DNA from: Promethearchaeota archaeon
Lineage (GTDB): Archaea > Asgardarchaeota > Thorarchaeia > Thorarchaeales > Thorarchaeaceae
Direction of reading: 5' to 3'
Assembly: GCA_048939765.1 (NCBI GenBank)
Contig: JBHLPF010000002.1
Coordinates: 32,001-96,000, forward strand
DNA: 64,000 nucleotides
Shown: in pieces, positions 40,040-49,215 of the stretch
Numbering within the stretch: position 1 is the first letter of the stretch
Layout: each line of letters begins with the position of its first letter
The notes under the pieces: generated by a model
Databases searched by the model: none
What the model was told of the DNA's origin: nothing
What the model saw: only the letters and a program-made list of their open reading frames with translations
Translations under genes and position numbers: made by a program

Positions 40040-40633
40040 GTGTGGATGGATGTGCGCCTGGAAACACTGACCTATAAGGATGAGGTCTTTCATGTAGCCG
40101 TTGGGGAACTCGCCAATGTCAGCTGCTTGAACAGGGAGGAAATTGTTTCCTTGTCGTCTGAGCAAATTGAAGGAATTATGGCAGTACAACTGCTTGATTC
40201 GACTCTTGTAGCTGGAGCGTTGCACCTTCTCTCAGCTGCACAAAATGCGTTGAATGCTTGGAAGGGAAATTATGCGATTTCAAGAAACCTTGCCGTTGAG
40301 ATACTACTCTATACTTCGGGTCAACATCAAATCGGAGTTGCATTAGACAAGCTAGGCGTCAATGATGAAACAACATCCATTGCTGCAGTTGTCTTGGCCT
40401 CAGATGAAAGTAAACTGAAGCGTCACGTTGACTACCTCATCGATGAGATTGGGCCTGTAGTTCAGCACCCTTTTGCTCCCACAGAGGAACGGATGCAGCT
40501 CATAATGATGCACTTTGGAATTAATGACGCCGAAATCACTGCGGTTTCAACTTCAGAATCACTTGAAGCAAGATATCAGGCTCTTTCAGGCTGTGTGATA
40601 AGCAGGGTATCCATGGTTGCCCTTGAAGCGTAA
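40040..40633 (+). CDS. cgi121: KEOPS subunit Cgi121
   Basis: HLLSAA..A..A, ISRNLAVEILLYTSGQHQI..AL..LG. Confidence 0.88.
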   Translation: MWMDVRLETLTYKDEVFHVAVGELANVSCLNREEIVSLSSEQIEGIMAVQLLDSTLVAGALHLLSAAQNALNAWKGNYAISRNLAVEILLYTSGQHQIGVALDKLGVNDETTSIAAVVLASDESKLKRHVDYLIDEIGPVVQHPFAPTEERMQLIMMHFGINDAEITAVSTSESLEARYQALSGCVISRVSMVALEA

Positions 40634-40640
40634 CTCAGAA

Positions 40641-41174
40641 CTAAAACATATCATCTCGCATGGTCATAATCGAGAGAATGTCCTCATTTTGGCTTAGAAT
40701 AGAGACCCCTGTCCATTCACCCACGATCTCAATCCACACAGTCTTATCAGGCTGGTCCAGGTTCACCCGTCTGGAAATCACAGCAGCCGCAGCATTCACT
40801 ATCTCCATGTGTTCCAATTCAGTATGGCGCCGCCTCACAGTCACCCTGAATGAGTCACTCTCATCTATCTTATAGCTCAATTCCTTTGTTGCATTCACTA
40901 TGTTTTCTATTGATGTTGATACACATTTCTCAATTGGTGTGAATCGGATCGCGAATCGAAATTGATAGGCGTTTTCTAGGGCGAACTCCTTCAATCTGTG
41001 AACAACCTCAAACGGATCTAGAGTAGTTAATGCGGCAAGCAGGCCAGAGATTGGTGTTTGGTACACTCTAAGCTCGGCATCTTCCAAGAGGTCGCCAATG
41101 AAGTACTGTACTTCGGATTTTGCAGCTCTTTCCCGATCTCTAGGGCAACCCACAAGTAGATTGTAATTGTGCAG
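40641..41174 (-). CDS. Stand-alone THUMP-domain protein (probable CTG start)
   Basis: SFRVTVRRRH...VNLDQPDKTVWIEIVG THUMP signature. CTG at 41174 lies 10 nt after the sua5 stop. Confidence 0.85.
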   Translation of the reverse strand: MHNYNLLVGCPRDRERAAKSEVQYFIGDLLEDAELRVYQTPISGLLAALTTLDPFEVVHRLKEFALENAYQFRFAIRFTPIEKCVSTSIENIVNATKELSYKIDESDSFRVTVRRRHTELEHMEIVNAAAAVISRRVNLDQPDKTVWIEIVGEWTGVSILSQNEDILSIMTMRDDMF

Positions 41175-41184
41175 ACCGTTCGCC

Positions 41185-41889
41185 TCACATTTCTGGATAG
41201 ATGATACGATTTGTCCAGAGTCGCAATGCATCTGAATCAATTCTAAGGCTATCTGTTATCCTCTCCACACTCAGACTCCCCTCTCGATAGACCCTAATGT
41301 TCAATGGCCCTTCAGTTCCAGTTTCTTCTACTCCCAGAATTGTTGAGTTGGCATTTGCAGAGGATGGTCCGCCATCAATATAGAGGTCCACCTCATCTCC
41401 CAACTGCTCTCTTGCTGAGGATACTGTAAAGGGAGATTCGCCGCCGCTCAGATTTGCACTTGTGCCAACTATTGGCACTCCTAATTCCTTGGCAATCCTT
41501 CGTGGAATGAAATGATCGGGGACTCTTATCGCTGCGGATGTTCTGCCGCCAGTAATATAGTCTGGAATTGTGTCCTTTACCGTCACTATTAATGTCAATG
41601 CGCCAGGCCAGAAGAGTCGTGTTAAGACCCTCTCTAGATTTCCAAAGTGATGATACCTCTCACATTGGCGAATGTCTGAAAATAGAAGCGGGACCCCGAC
41701 TCCCCTATCTCTTTTCTTTGCTGCAATCAAGCGTTCAAGTGCCTGTTCTTGCATGGGGTCACAGGCAATGCCGTAGCTCGTATCCGTCGGATAGACTACC
41801 AGCCCACCTTCCTGAATGACTCTTACTGCCTCCTGAATAACGGGGTCACAGCCCTCCTCATCCTTGACAGTAAGGACTCTAGATGTCAA
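41185..41889 (-). CDS. sua5: Threonylcarbamoyl-AMP synthase Sua5/YrdC (short form)
   Basis: VYPTDTSYGI, KKR, FWPGALT, IRVPDH, GTSANLSG, ST. Confidence 0.93.
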   Translation of the reverse strand: MTSRVLTVKDEEGCDPVIQEAVRVIQEGGLVVYPTDTSYGIACDPMQEQALERLIAAKKRDRGVGVPLLFSDIRQCERYHHFGNLERVLTRLFWPGALTLIVTVKDTIPDYITGGRTSAAIRVPDHFIPRRIAKELGVPIVGTSANLSGGESPFTVSSAREQLGDEVDLYIDGGPSSANANSTILGVEETGTEGPLNIRVYREGSLSVERITDSLRIDSDALRLWTNRIIYPEM

Positions 41890-41965
41890 GATTAGTTACC
41901 ATCTCCTTTCCTTACAAACACTGATATGAACCATGCTATTTGGCTGGGTGAAAGGAGGAATATGC

Positions 41966-43000
41966 ATACACGCAGTAATTCTGGCTGCTGGCCGTGGTTC
42001 GCGAATGGGTGTCCTAAGTGACTCAATACCTAAGGGACTCATCCCTTTGGCAGGCAAGGCAATTCTAACACGGCTACTTGATGTTTTGGTTGAGTCTGGA
42101 GTACATTCTATACATGTGGGGATTGGTTGGAAACATGACCTCTTCACGAAGCACTTGCATGACGTCGCTAATTCCTACTCCACGCACATAGAGGCGGTTC
42201 AGGTTTCATCAATCGAGAGGGGCCCTCTTCATACTCTATCTACAGTCCTCGATGATTATGATGATGAACCATTCCTGATATGCCCAGTCGATTATGTTGT
42301 TTCGCCATCCATAGTCGAACAACTCATAAAGGCACATGAGAGTGGTGGGAACTCTCGCATGCTGACAATCAGTGTAACATCGGAGTCGTCCAATGAATCC
42401 CCGACGTATATTCGTGATGGTGGCTTGGTTGCTGGCATAGGAACGCCCCTGATGGAGTTCAATTCGGTTCATCACAGTGCTATGCTTGTGGCGGCCAATC
42501 CGGCCTCAATCAGTCATTTTCGAGCTGCTCATGCATCAGGCGAGAAGACCGTGGTAGCAGCCATAAATCAAATGATATCTCAACGAATGAATGTTTATGC
42601 AGCTAAAGTGGCTGGGAAGTGGGCAGATATCGACTCGCTCCCAGACCTTCTTCGTGCAATGGAGCTGATTCTGTCTGAACAGGTCGAGCCAATCGAGGGC
42701 TGTATCATTGTCCCACCTGGTGATACCATTGAGATAGGCGATTCTTTCGAAATCTCATCGGGAACACTCATTGCATCCGGTGTGACCATAACTGGGCCAG
42801 CATTCATAGGTCCTGCATGCAGCCTTGGAGAGAGATGTAGGATTGGTCCGAGCGTGAGCATGGAGCATGATACAAGACTTCCCAAAGAGGTCACTATCGA
42901 AAACTGCCTATTGTTCAATTCAGCCCGAGTCAAGGCGAGAACTCAGGTCAAGGATGCTATTGTGTTTGGCAGCAAAATCATTACCAAGGAGAGTGTATGA
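41966..43000 (+). CDS. Sugar-phosphate nucleotidyltransferase with left-handed beta-helix C-terminus (probable ATA start)
   Basis: AVILAAGRGSRMG...PKGL, WADID, hexapeptide repeats. Confidence 0.85.
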   Translation: MHAVILAAGRGSRMGVLSDSIPKGLIPLAGKAILTRLLDVLVESGVHSIHVGIGWKHDLFTKHLHDVANSYSTHIEAVQVSSIERGPLHTLSTVLDDYDDEPFLICPVDYVVSPSIVEQLIKAHESGGNSRMLTISVTSESSNESPTYIRDGGLVAGIGTPLMEFNSVHHSAMLVAANPASISHFRAAHASGEKTVVAAINQMISQRMNVYAAKVAGKWADIDSLPDLLRAMELILSEQVEPIEGCIIVPPGDTIEIGDSFEISSGTLIASGVTITGPAFIGPACSLGERCRIGPSVSMEHDTRLPKEVTIENCLLFNSARVKARTQVKDAIVFGSKIITKESV

Positions 43001-43628
43001 TATCTCACCAAGCAAATTCAGAGTTAGAGGCATTTTCAGAAGTGCTGTCACTGCGGTCGCAAAACCGCTTGTGAAGCGTAATGTGAAACCTGACTCGATC
43101 ACCTACCTCACAGTCCTGATGGCTCTTCTCGCTTTCCTTGTATTGACCATTATGAATTCCCAGCCTATCTATGGGTTGCTAGTGTTTTTCGTAGGATTTC
43201 TGGACGGTGTTGATGGAGTAGTAGCAAGAGAGGGGAATCTGACTTCAAAAGCAGGAGCACTTACTGACTCATTCATGGATAAAGTATCTGAAGCAATCCT
43301 ACTTTTTGCCATCGCTGTGGCTTTTGAATCATCATCATTCGCTGGAATTTCAATTCCACTCTGGGTGCTTGTTTGCATAACCGGATGGCTCCTGACCAGC
43401 TATAGCAGGTCACGCGCAGCAAGTCTGGGAGTGACGGACCTTGATGTGGGATTAGGCGCGAGGTCAGAGCGTCTACTCACACTGGTCATTTTTGCCATGC
43501 TTAGCTTTGTCATATGGGGTCTTATAGTCGTGACAATCATGGGTCTCTTAACTGCAGCCTACCGATTCTATCACTATAAGCGAGATCTTCTTACTACGAG
43601 TGATGAGCCTCAGGGCCATCACATTTAA
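42993..43628 (+). CDS. CDP-alcohol phosphatidyltransferase (archaetidylinositol-phosphate synthase-like)
   Basis: PDSIT, DGVDGVVAR.....SKAGALTDSFMDK, SYSRSRA, RSERL. Confidence 0.9.
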   Translation: MYDISPSKFRVRGIFRSAVTAVAKPLVKRNVKPDSITYLTVLMALLAFLVLTIMNSQPIYGLLVFFVGFLDGVDGVVAREGNLTSKAGALTDSFMDKVSEAILLFAIAVAFESSSFAGISIPLWVLVCITGWLLTSYSRSRAASLGVTDLDVGLGARSERLLTLVIFAMLSFVIWGLIVVTIMGLLTAAYRFYHYKRDLLTTSDEPQGHHI

Positions 43629-43662
43629 GAGCGGAGCGCCGACAGGCGGCTTCATCATATTG

Positions 43663-44094
43663 ATGGAGCCAATGTTCATGCCTAAGTTCAGAGCTGATCA
43701 TTACCTGATAGCGGAGTTCGCAGAGATTAAGGATACAAAGACCTCGGGCCAATTAGTTCTTGATGCGCTAAAGGAGCTCCCAGAATTAAGGGACCTGGCC
43801 ATAGTGTCAAAGAGATTGGAAGGTAAATCCTGGTCGGAAATCCTCGGTCGAATCGACATCCCTGCTGGTTCCAAGGCCTTCTGGGCGATGATTAAGAAAG
43901 ATGTGTCTGAAAGGGAGCCCTATAACTTATTCATCAGGTTTGATATGAATGCAGAGGCAGAGAATATCGAGATGGCACGGGCAAGTGTAAAGAATTGGCT
44001 TGAAACCGAAGTAGTTCCTCGCATTAAATCCAAGACCTCAGTGAAAAAGATTGAAGTGCTACAACCAAACGAAGTCTTCATGCCAGCGCTGTAA
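43663..44094 (+). CDS. Hypothetical protein (start uncertain)
   Basis: Open frame with normal composition; converges on the propeller gene. Confidence 0.6.
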   Translation: MEPMFMPKFRADHYLIAEFAEIKDTKTSGQLVLDALKELPELRDLAIVSKRLEGKSWSEILGRIDIPAGSKAFWAMIKKDVSEREPYNLFIRFDMNAEAENIEMARASVKNWLETEVVPRIKSKTSVKKIEVLQPNEVFMPAL

Positions 44095-44097
44095 ATG

Positions 44098-45108
44098 TCA
44101 CTCATCTTGAATCTTGATGAGGAAGATCTTGTTCCCTATTGCCTGTACAATTTCATTTCTTGAATCCCCAGTAACATCACCAAAAGCTACTTGCGACTCA
44201 GCAGATTTTGAGGCGGTCTTTAGAGCAGCCTCCTCAACAAGCTCAATCCCATTGAAACCTAGCAAGAGAATTGTGGAGTCCAGCAAGCTCAGGAGAATCT
44301 GTCCCGCAGCGGTGTCTTTAAGTATTCTACCCATTCTCACTGCTGTCACCGGAGCCGGGGCTTTAATTTCAAGAACTTTTTCCAGAGTCTGTTGTTCCAC
44401 TCTTAGGAGTGTGATTGTACGCTTGTCTGACACACAGACAATCTCGTCATATCTTCCGCCTGCAATATTACCAGTGGCAATATGATAGACCTCCTTTCCC
44501 ACCTTCATCCTCCATACTTCATGAAGCCTATCATCCGCATATTGATACACGAAGATGTTGCCAGTCTCATCCCCGAAAACAAATCTGCTGTAGGGAACAT
44601 TCTCTATTGATAGTCTTCGCATAGAAAGAACAGGATTATCGACTACCTTGTGGGCCAGCTTGTCCAGAACCACGTCAAACCATCCGTAGCATCTAAGGGC
44701 TTGGTCAGTTGTAGATACTATGACTTCTGCGCTCTTGTCACTAAGCACATTTGCTACTACCAGCGAGGTAGGAATGGCTCCTACAGGGATGGAGCTCTTC
44801 ACTTGGAGCTTGTTGTCCATGAACACAAGCAGCCGGAGCTGGTTGTCAAGCCCTGCTACAACAAAGTCAGGGGTTCCATTTCCCAGAACATCTCCAACAT
44901 CCAATGCAGCTACTGGTGGGAGGTCGCTTGTGTTTGCTATCTCCTCAAGCCTTGGCCTCTTACCTTTTGTCAACTCAAAGACCCGCAGATCCCCGTTCAT
45001 AGTGGATACCACAACATTCGCTCTTCCACTGCCCGTGAGATCTACAACTTCGAGTGATGTGACTCCTTCTTTGAAGGAGTGCTCGGTTAGTAAGCTAAGC
45101 TTGGTCAT
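44098..45108 (-). CDS. FG-GAP-like beta-propeller protein (BBS2/ITFG-like)
   Basis: About 7 repeats of V-x-x-L-x-x-G-D/N-x-x-G-x-G-x-x-E/D-I/F-V-V. ATG at 45108 follows GAGGT. Confidence 0.8.
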   Translation of the reverse strand: MTKLSLLTEHSFKEGVTSLEVVDLTGSGRANVVVSTMNGDLRVFELTKGKRPRLEEIANTSDLPPVAALDVGDVLGNGTPDFVVAGLDNQLRLLVFMDNKLQVKSSIPVGAIPTSLVVANVLSDKSAEVIVSTTDQALRCYGWFDVVLDKLAHKVVDNPVLSMRRLSIENVPYSRFVFGDETGNIFVYQYADDRLHEVWRMKVGKEVYHIATGNIAGGRYDEIVCVSDKRTITLLRVEQQTLEKVLEIKAPAPVTAVRMGRILKDTAAGQILLSLLDSTILLLGFNGIELVEEAALKTASKSAESQVAFGDVTGDSRNEIVQAIGNKIFLIKIQDE

Positions 45109-45262
45109 CTGGCACTGACCTCGTGAGAAGAGGCGCTGTGAAGCAAAAACTCCGTTTCCCTGATTTAAGAGTTGCTCCAACAAGCTTCGAATCTTTTCAG
45201 CCGGATCGCTCAATCCAACTGATGCGTTTAAGATGACCTTTGCGGGATATGAAGATGAATAT

Positions 45263-45814
45263 ATGATGGCTGAGAAAACGCGAAAACCACTCCTTACTGA
45301 GGAATACTGGACTTCTACAGAATATGAAGTCCAATCTGAGATCCAATCGTTCATAGATGAATTTGGTGCTTTTACACCCGAGTGGTTTGTAGACATCAAG
45401 TTTCATCTGCTGCGTGAATCAGGACTGACAAAGGAGAGTAGAAATGAATTATGCAGACTCTCAATTCACGCAAGTCTTTGTCCTAAGTGCGATTTTCTCT
45501 ATGTTGCCAAAAGGTGTCTTCTTTGGAGCAGACTGTTTCGGATAAACCCAAGGATTATCGAACGTGCACCACCTTGCATTCAGGAAGCATTCAAGAACAA
45601 CCGGATAAAGATAGTCGCAGATTTTCTAGTCGTTGCTAACCTCATCGACCCTCCTTTCTATAAGGTGCGATCAGCCCCGTGGTGCAAGACCCTGCGAGGG
45701 TGGGGTTATTGCACTCCTGATGAGTATTGTGAGGCAATGGCGCGCGAGAATACACTGGAGTATAGTGCCGCGCGTGAGAGGGTTAAGAGATCCAGGGACT
45801 TCTCCCCCGAGTGA
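45263..45814 (+). CDS. Small Cys-rich protein with a primase large-subunit C-terminal (4Fe-4S)-like motif set
   Basis: APPCI...APWCKTLRGWGYCTPDEYC...NTLEY. Confidence 0.7.
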   Translation: MMAEKTRKPLLTEEYWTSTEYEVQSEIQSFIDEFGAFTPEWFVDIKFHLLRESGLTKESRNELCRLSIHASLCPKCDFLYVAKRCLLWSRLFRINPRIIERAPPCIQEAFKNNRIKIVADFLVVANLIDPPFYKVRSAPWCKTLRGWGYCTPDEYCEAMARENTLEYSAARERVKRSRDFSPE

Positions 45815-45923
45815 AATGCTCTCTATCATAGTCATTGCTTAAATAACGGGGGACTATGGAATACGCAGGTGAAAGGAGATTATACGTGGAGATAGTGCGG
45901 CCATCCAAGACCTTGATGCAGAA

Positions 45924-47411
45924 ATGGCTGAATTGATTCGACTGACAGGTTTTCGTGAGCACACCATTTTGGAAGCCAAGTCCAAGAAAGGTGCTGCTTG
46001 GGATGAAATCCAAGGTAAGATAGAACGACGTAAACGGCTTTGGTCTGTAGAAGAAAAACACACTCGGCAGAAAGCAATCCAGGATCCGGTGCATGGTGCT
46101 ATCCTTTTTGCACCCTGGGAGTTGGATATCTTGTCAAGCATTGAGATGCTACGGTTGCGTTTCGTGAAGCAACTCGGTCCGGCTCATCTGGTGTATCCCG
46201 GGGCAACGCATACTCGTTTCCTTCACTGCATTGGAACTAATTTCTTAGCGCAGAAATGCATACGAGTCGTCAACTATTGCGATGACTTGGATGACGCATG
46301 TTTTCACCCACTTTCCGACCTATTGGATGACTACCAGCAGAGAGTATTCCGTGCGGCGGCGCTTCTTCATGATGTTGGCCATCCTCCAACATCACACACT
46401 ATTGAGTATGCATTGGAGAGTTGGGCTGGAATTGATCATTTGGATTTGGGTGAGTATCTTATCAAGCATAGTAGTCTCTCAGATATATTGAAGGATCATG
46501 GTATCGAACCAAGAATTGTTGTCGATGTATTCAGAAGAAAAGCAAAAGATCCTGTTTGGATGCTGCTGTCAGATTTTCTTGACCATCCTTTGGATATTGA
46601 CAAGACAGACTATCTGATTCGAGATGCTCATTTCAGTGGAGTCCAGCTTGGCATATTTCCCGCTGAGCGTGTTATGTTGACCAACCGAGTTGTCAGAAAT
46701 CGAGATGGCAACTATGAAAGAGCGTTCATGCTAAAAGCCCTCCATTCTCTGGAGTCGCTAATTATGAGTAGGAATTGGATGTTCAGCGACCTCTATCTTC
46801 ATCATGCTGTGAAGCTGGCAGAAGCAATAACATCTAAGGCCACCTACTTCCGGCTTCAAGAGGAAGACCTCTCTAGAACTGAATGCTTTGGACTCTTCAC
46901 GCGAATGACTGATGCTGACCTCTATCTGTGGTTCAAGAATTCTGGGATTGAATTTGTGAGGGACTATGCACGGAGAATCAGACACAGGAGGATGTTCAAA
47001 GTGGTCCTAGCAAGGTCCCTCTCATCATTTGAAGAAGCTTCGAGAGATGCATTACTTGCAACTCTGACAGATATTGAGAAACTAATAGATATTGAATCGG
47101 AGGTTGCTGGAGATATCGGAAAAGTCATTGTTGATGTTGTGAATCCTAAGCTGGGCGAAGATATCCTCGGCAAGATTCCTCTTTTGGTAGGAGGAGAAGG
47201 TAGCAGCCTTGATACAGTGACTCTTGACTCCATCGAAGAGGGCCAACCCCTAATGCAGATCCTCAATAAACAGAAGCATACAGCGCCGGCAGTTCGTGTC
47301 TACTCCGACCCCCAAGACGCAGCCGGTATTCGTAAGAGATTCTTTCAGATGTTCTCTGCAATTCCAGGTGCAAAGGATTTGCGCAATGAATATGACATGA
47401 CAGAAGCCTAG
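45924..47411 (+). CDS. HD-domain phosphohydrolase (dNTP triphosphohydrolase/SAMHD1-like)
   Basis: IQDPVHG, RLRFVKQLG..HLVYPGATHTRF.H, LLHDVGH...SH, DIDKTDYLIRDA, YLHH. Confidence 0.92.
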   Translation: MAELIRLTGFREHTILEAKSKKGAAWDEIQGKIERRKRLWSVEEKHTRQKAIQDPVHGAILFAPWELDILSSIEMLRLRFVKQLGPAHLVYPGATHTRFLHCIGTNFLAQKCIRVVNYCDDLDDACFHPLSDLLDDYQQRVFRAAALLHDVGHPPTSHTIEYALESWAGIDHLDLGEYLIKHSSLSDILKDHGIEPRIVVDVFRRKAKDPVWMLLSDFLDHPLDIDKTDYLIRDAHFSGVQLGIFPAERVMLTNRVVRNRDGNYERAFMLKALHSLESLIMSRNWMFSDLYLHHAVKLAEAITSKATYFRLQEEDLSRTECFGLFTRMTDADLYLWFKNSGIEFVRDYARRIRHRRMFKVVLARSLSSFEEASRDALLATLTDIEKLIDIESEVAGDIGKVIVDVVNPKLGEDILGKIPLLVGGEGSSLDTVTLDSIEEGQPLMQILNKQKHTAPAVRVYSDPQDAAGIRKRFFQMFSAIPGAKDLRNEYDMTEA

Positions 47412-47424
47412 AGCAATTTGCCTA

Positions 47425-48108
47425 TCATCCCATGATAGCAGGTACCAACGCTTTGACCATTTTGAACCCATGTTCAATGTAGACAATGCCATAGATTGCT
47501 TCCACAAGGGTTCCCTTATCGTGGTCCATCTCAGTCTTACTAGGACTATCTGGGTCAAAATGGATACGTTGTTCATAGAGGCCCCATGAGTCACAGACTT
47601 TCGCCAGATGCTCATTGCTCACAACGTCAGCCCGCCGCTGAGTCAATGTACCTACATCTACAGCTCTAGGAGTCCAAATATGATGCAACACCGCCATTGA
47701 AATTGCCGCATCACCCACAAGTGCTAATGATTGAGCCATCTCACTAAGGGACAGAAGTACCGCGTAGTCTTCATTCTCAAGTGGACACCTTTTGTCATTG
47801 ACAAGATGAACCTCCATTTCACTGAACAGGTTCTTGGTACTTGGTTGGAACATAGCAACCTGCAGAAGTTCCGGCTCTACTATTGAAACGCCTAATGCCT
47901 TCTCAATTCTAGGTCTAAGCCTAGTCCGAATCATGTGCAGGGATTCAATGATTTGGGAGAGCTGTCGACCCCATTTCCTGGTCTTACGTAGCATTCGTGT
48001 GCTGTTGGAAGGTATTGTCGTTTCGACATCTTTGACAGTCTTTGCTATTACCTTTAGGGTCCTTTCAAGCCCGATCGGCTCCCATGAAAGATCACGGCCG
48101 TCTGTCAT
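47425..48108 (-). CDS. RNase III-domain protein without dsRBD (Mini-III-like)
   Basis: LALVGDAAI, GTLT..R..VVSNEHLA, GTLVEAIYG.VY. Confidence 0.85.
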   Translation of the reverse strand: MTDGRDLSWEPIGLERTLKVIAKTVKDVETTIPSNSTRMLRKTRKWGRQLSQIIESLHMIRTRLRPRIEKALGVSIVEPELLQVAMFQPSTKNLFSEMEVHLVNDKRCPLENEDYAVLLSLSEMAQSLALVGDAAISMAVLHHIWTPRAVDVGTLTQRRADVVSNEHLAKVCDSWGLYEQRIHFDPDSPSKTEMDHDKGTLVEAIYGIVYIEHGFKMVKALVPAIMG

Positions 48109-48115
48109 TAATGCT

Positions 48116-48913
48116 TCAACCCCTTGGCAACACTCTGGTTATGATATTGTCTCCATCCTTGTGCCTCACAAATATAGCACTCAGTGAGTAATGCATAGCC
48201 AATAGTGAGAGTGCAAGCACAATCAGAGGAGGTCCTGTTGAGAGATCAATAACAAGGTCATATTGTGTGATGTTGTCTGTTATTATGTTCTCAATCTCCC
48301 GCTGTGTGAGCATGACATCACCTGGAATATTCGTGTCATAGTTGCCTGCTGAGTCGACAGGCAAATCATGCCACTGTATCTCCCATTTTGGTTCAGCCTT
48401 CTCAGGCAGGTATCGTGCCAGGTCTCTTGATGAGCCTCTAGCAAAAGTCCTGTCTTCAACAATGACATGAAGAACTCTGACATCGAAATCTTTCTGGTCA
48501 TTTAGCCATGTGATGAACGGTCTCTGATCTTCTGGACGTGACATCGAGGTTATGAGAGCAACCGGTCGTGTTATTCCTAGTACTCTTCTCACTGGTTGGA
48601 TAGCCCATGGCACTAAACCAAAGAGTCGAATTCGTGAACTCTTCCTGCTAGTGATTATCTGGAGGTTCTCAAGATGTTTCGTATTATGATACAGATGTGG
48701 ATCGGTGACATTAATCGCTTGTATCTGCTTCTTGGTGAGCTTGCGCTTCTCATCTCTTGCCCTATCCATCTCTTGAGTCTGCTTGAAGCGTTTGATTGCC
48801 TCTCGCAGTTCTATCCCTGTCTTTGGGCCCCCTTCCAGAAGGTCCAGGATTATTCTCCTGGCGTCTATCTGAATCTCCCGACTGATGACCGTGTCTGCTG
48901 TTTCCCAGAACAT
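48116..48913 (-). CDS. Transcription regulator: N-terminal winged helix plus C-terminal CARF-like Rossmann domain (start 48913 or 48928)
   Basis: RRIILDLLEGGPKTG.EL...LYHN..HLE...II (PadR/ArsR-like). VALITS and LVIDLSTGPP.IVLALSLLA...AIFV match CARF motif I/II topology. Confidence 0.7.
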   Translation of the reverse strand: MFWETADTVISREIQIDARRIILDLLEGGPKTGIELREAIKRFKQTQEMDRARDEKRKLTKKQIQAINVTDPHLYHNTKHLENLQIITSRKSSRIRLFGLVPWAIQPVRRVLGITRPVALITSMSRPEDQRPFITWLNDQKDFDVRVLHVIVEDRTFARGSSRDLARYLPEKAEPKWEIQWHDLPVDSAGNYDTNIPGDVMLTQREIENIITDNITQYDLVIDLSTGPPLIVLALSLLAMHYSLSAIFVRHKDGDNIITRVLPRG

Positions 48914-49140
48914 CGTTTCGCGCCACATTAACTCAAAAACATATATCATATATATATTCCGTCTATGTAATGGTGTTTTATACACTGATAATTAATACAA
49001 AACTATGCTTAATGATGTATATATGGCCATTTGAGAGGCATTTTAAAGCTAGTAAAAGCGTCAGACATATAAGACCTATGTATATCTCGTATCAATCGAA
49101 TATACCTTAGACTTCTATTTGAATTAAAGAGACCAAGACA

Positions 49141-49215
49141 GAATAGCCTTAAATATGGTCGGAAGACAACTGTACATCAGCCTAGAGTTCCATGAACTCT
49201 GAGTTAGAATCTAGG
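49141..49215 (+). promoter_or_regulatory. Actin promoter (BRE/TATA) and downstream inverted repeat
   Basis: GAATAGCCTTAAATA (49141-49155), then AGAGTTC-CAT-GAACTCT (49184-49200) and an alternative CCTAGA/TCTAGG pairing. Confidence 0.55.

Noticed and set aside
45109-45399. 97-aa N-terminal extension of the propeller ORF given in the ORF track
   Set aside because: It overlaps the opposite-strand Fe-S gene; ATG 45108 has a good SD and begins the first blade.
45843-45923. Selenocysteine read-through of the TGA at 45870 extending the HD protein
   Set aside because: Only 9 codons back to a TAA, no canonical start and no redox motif; the TGA is part of an SD-like AGGTGA.
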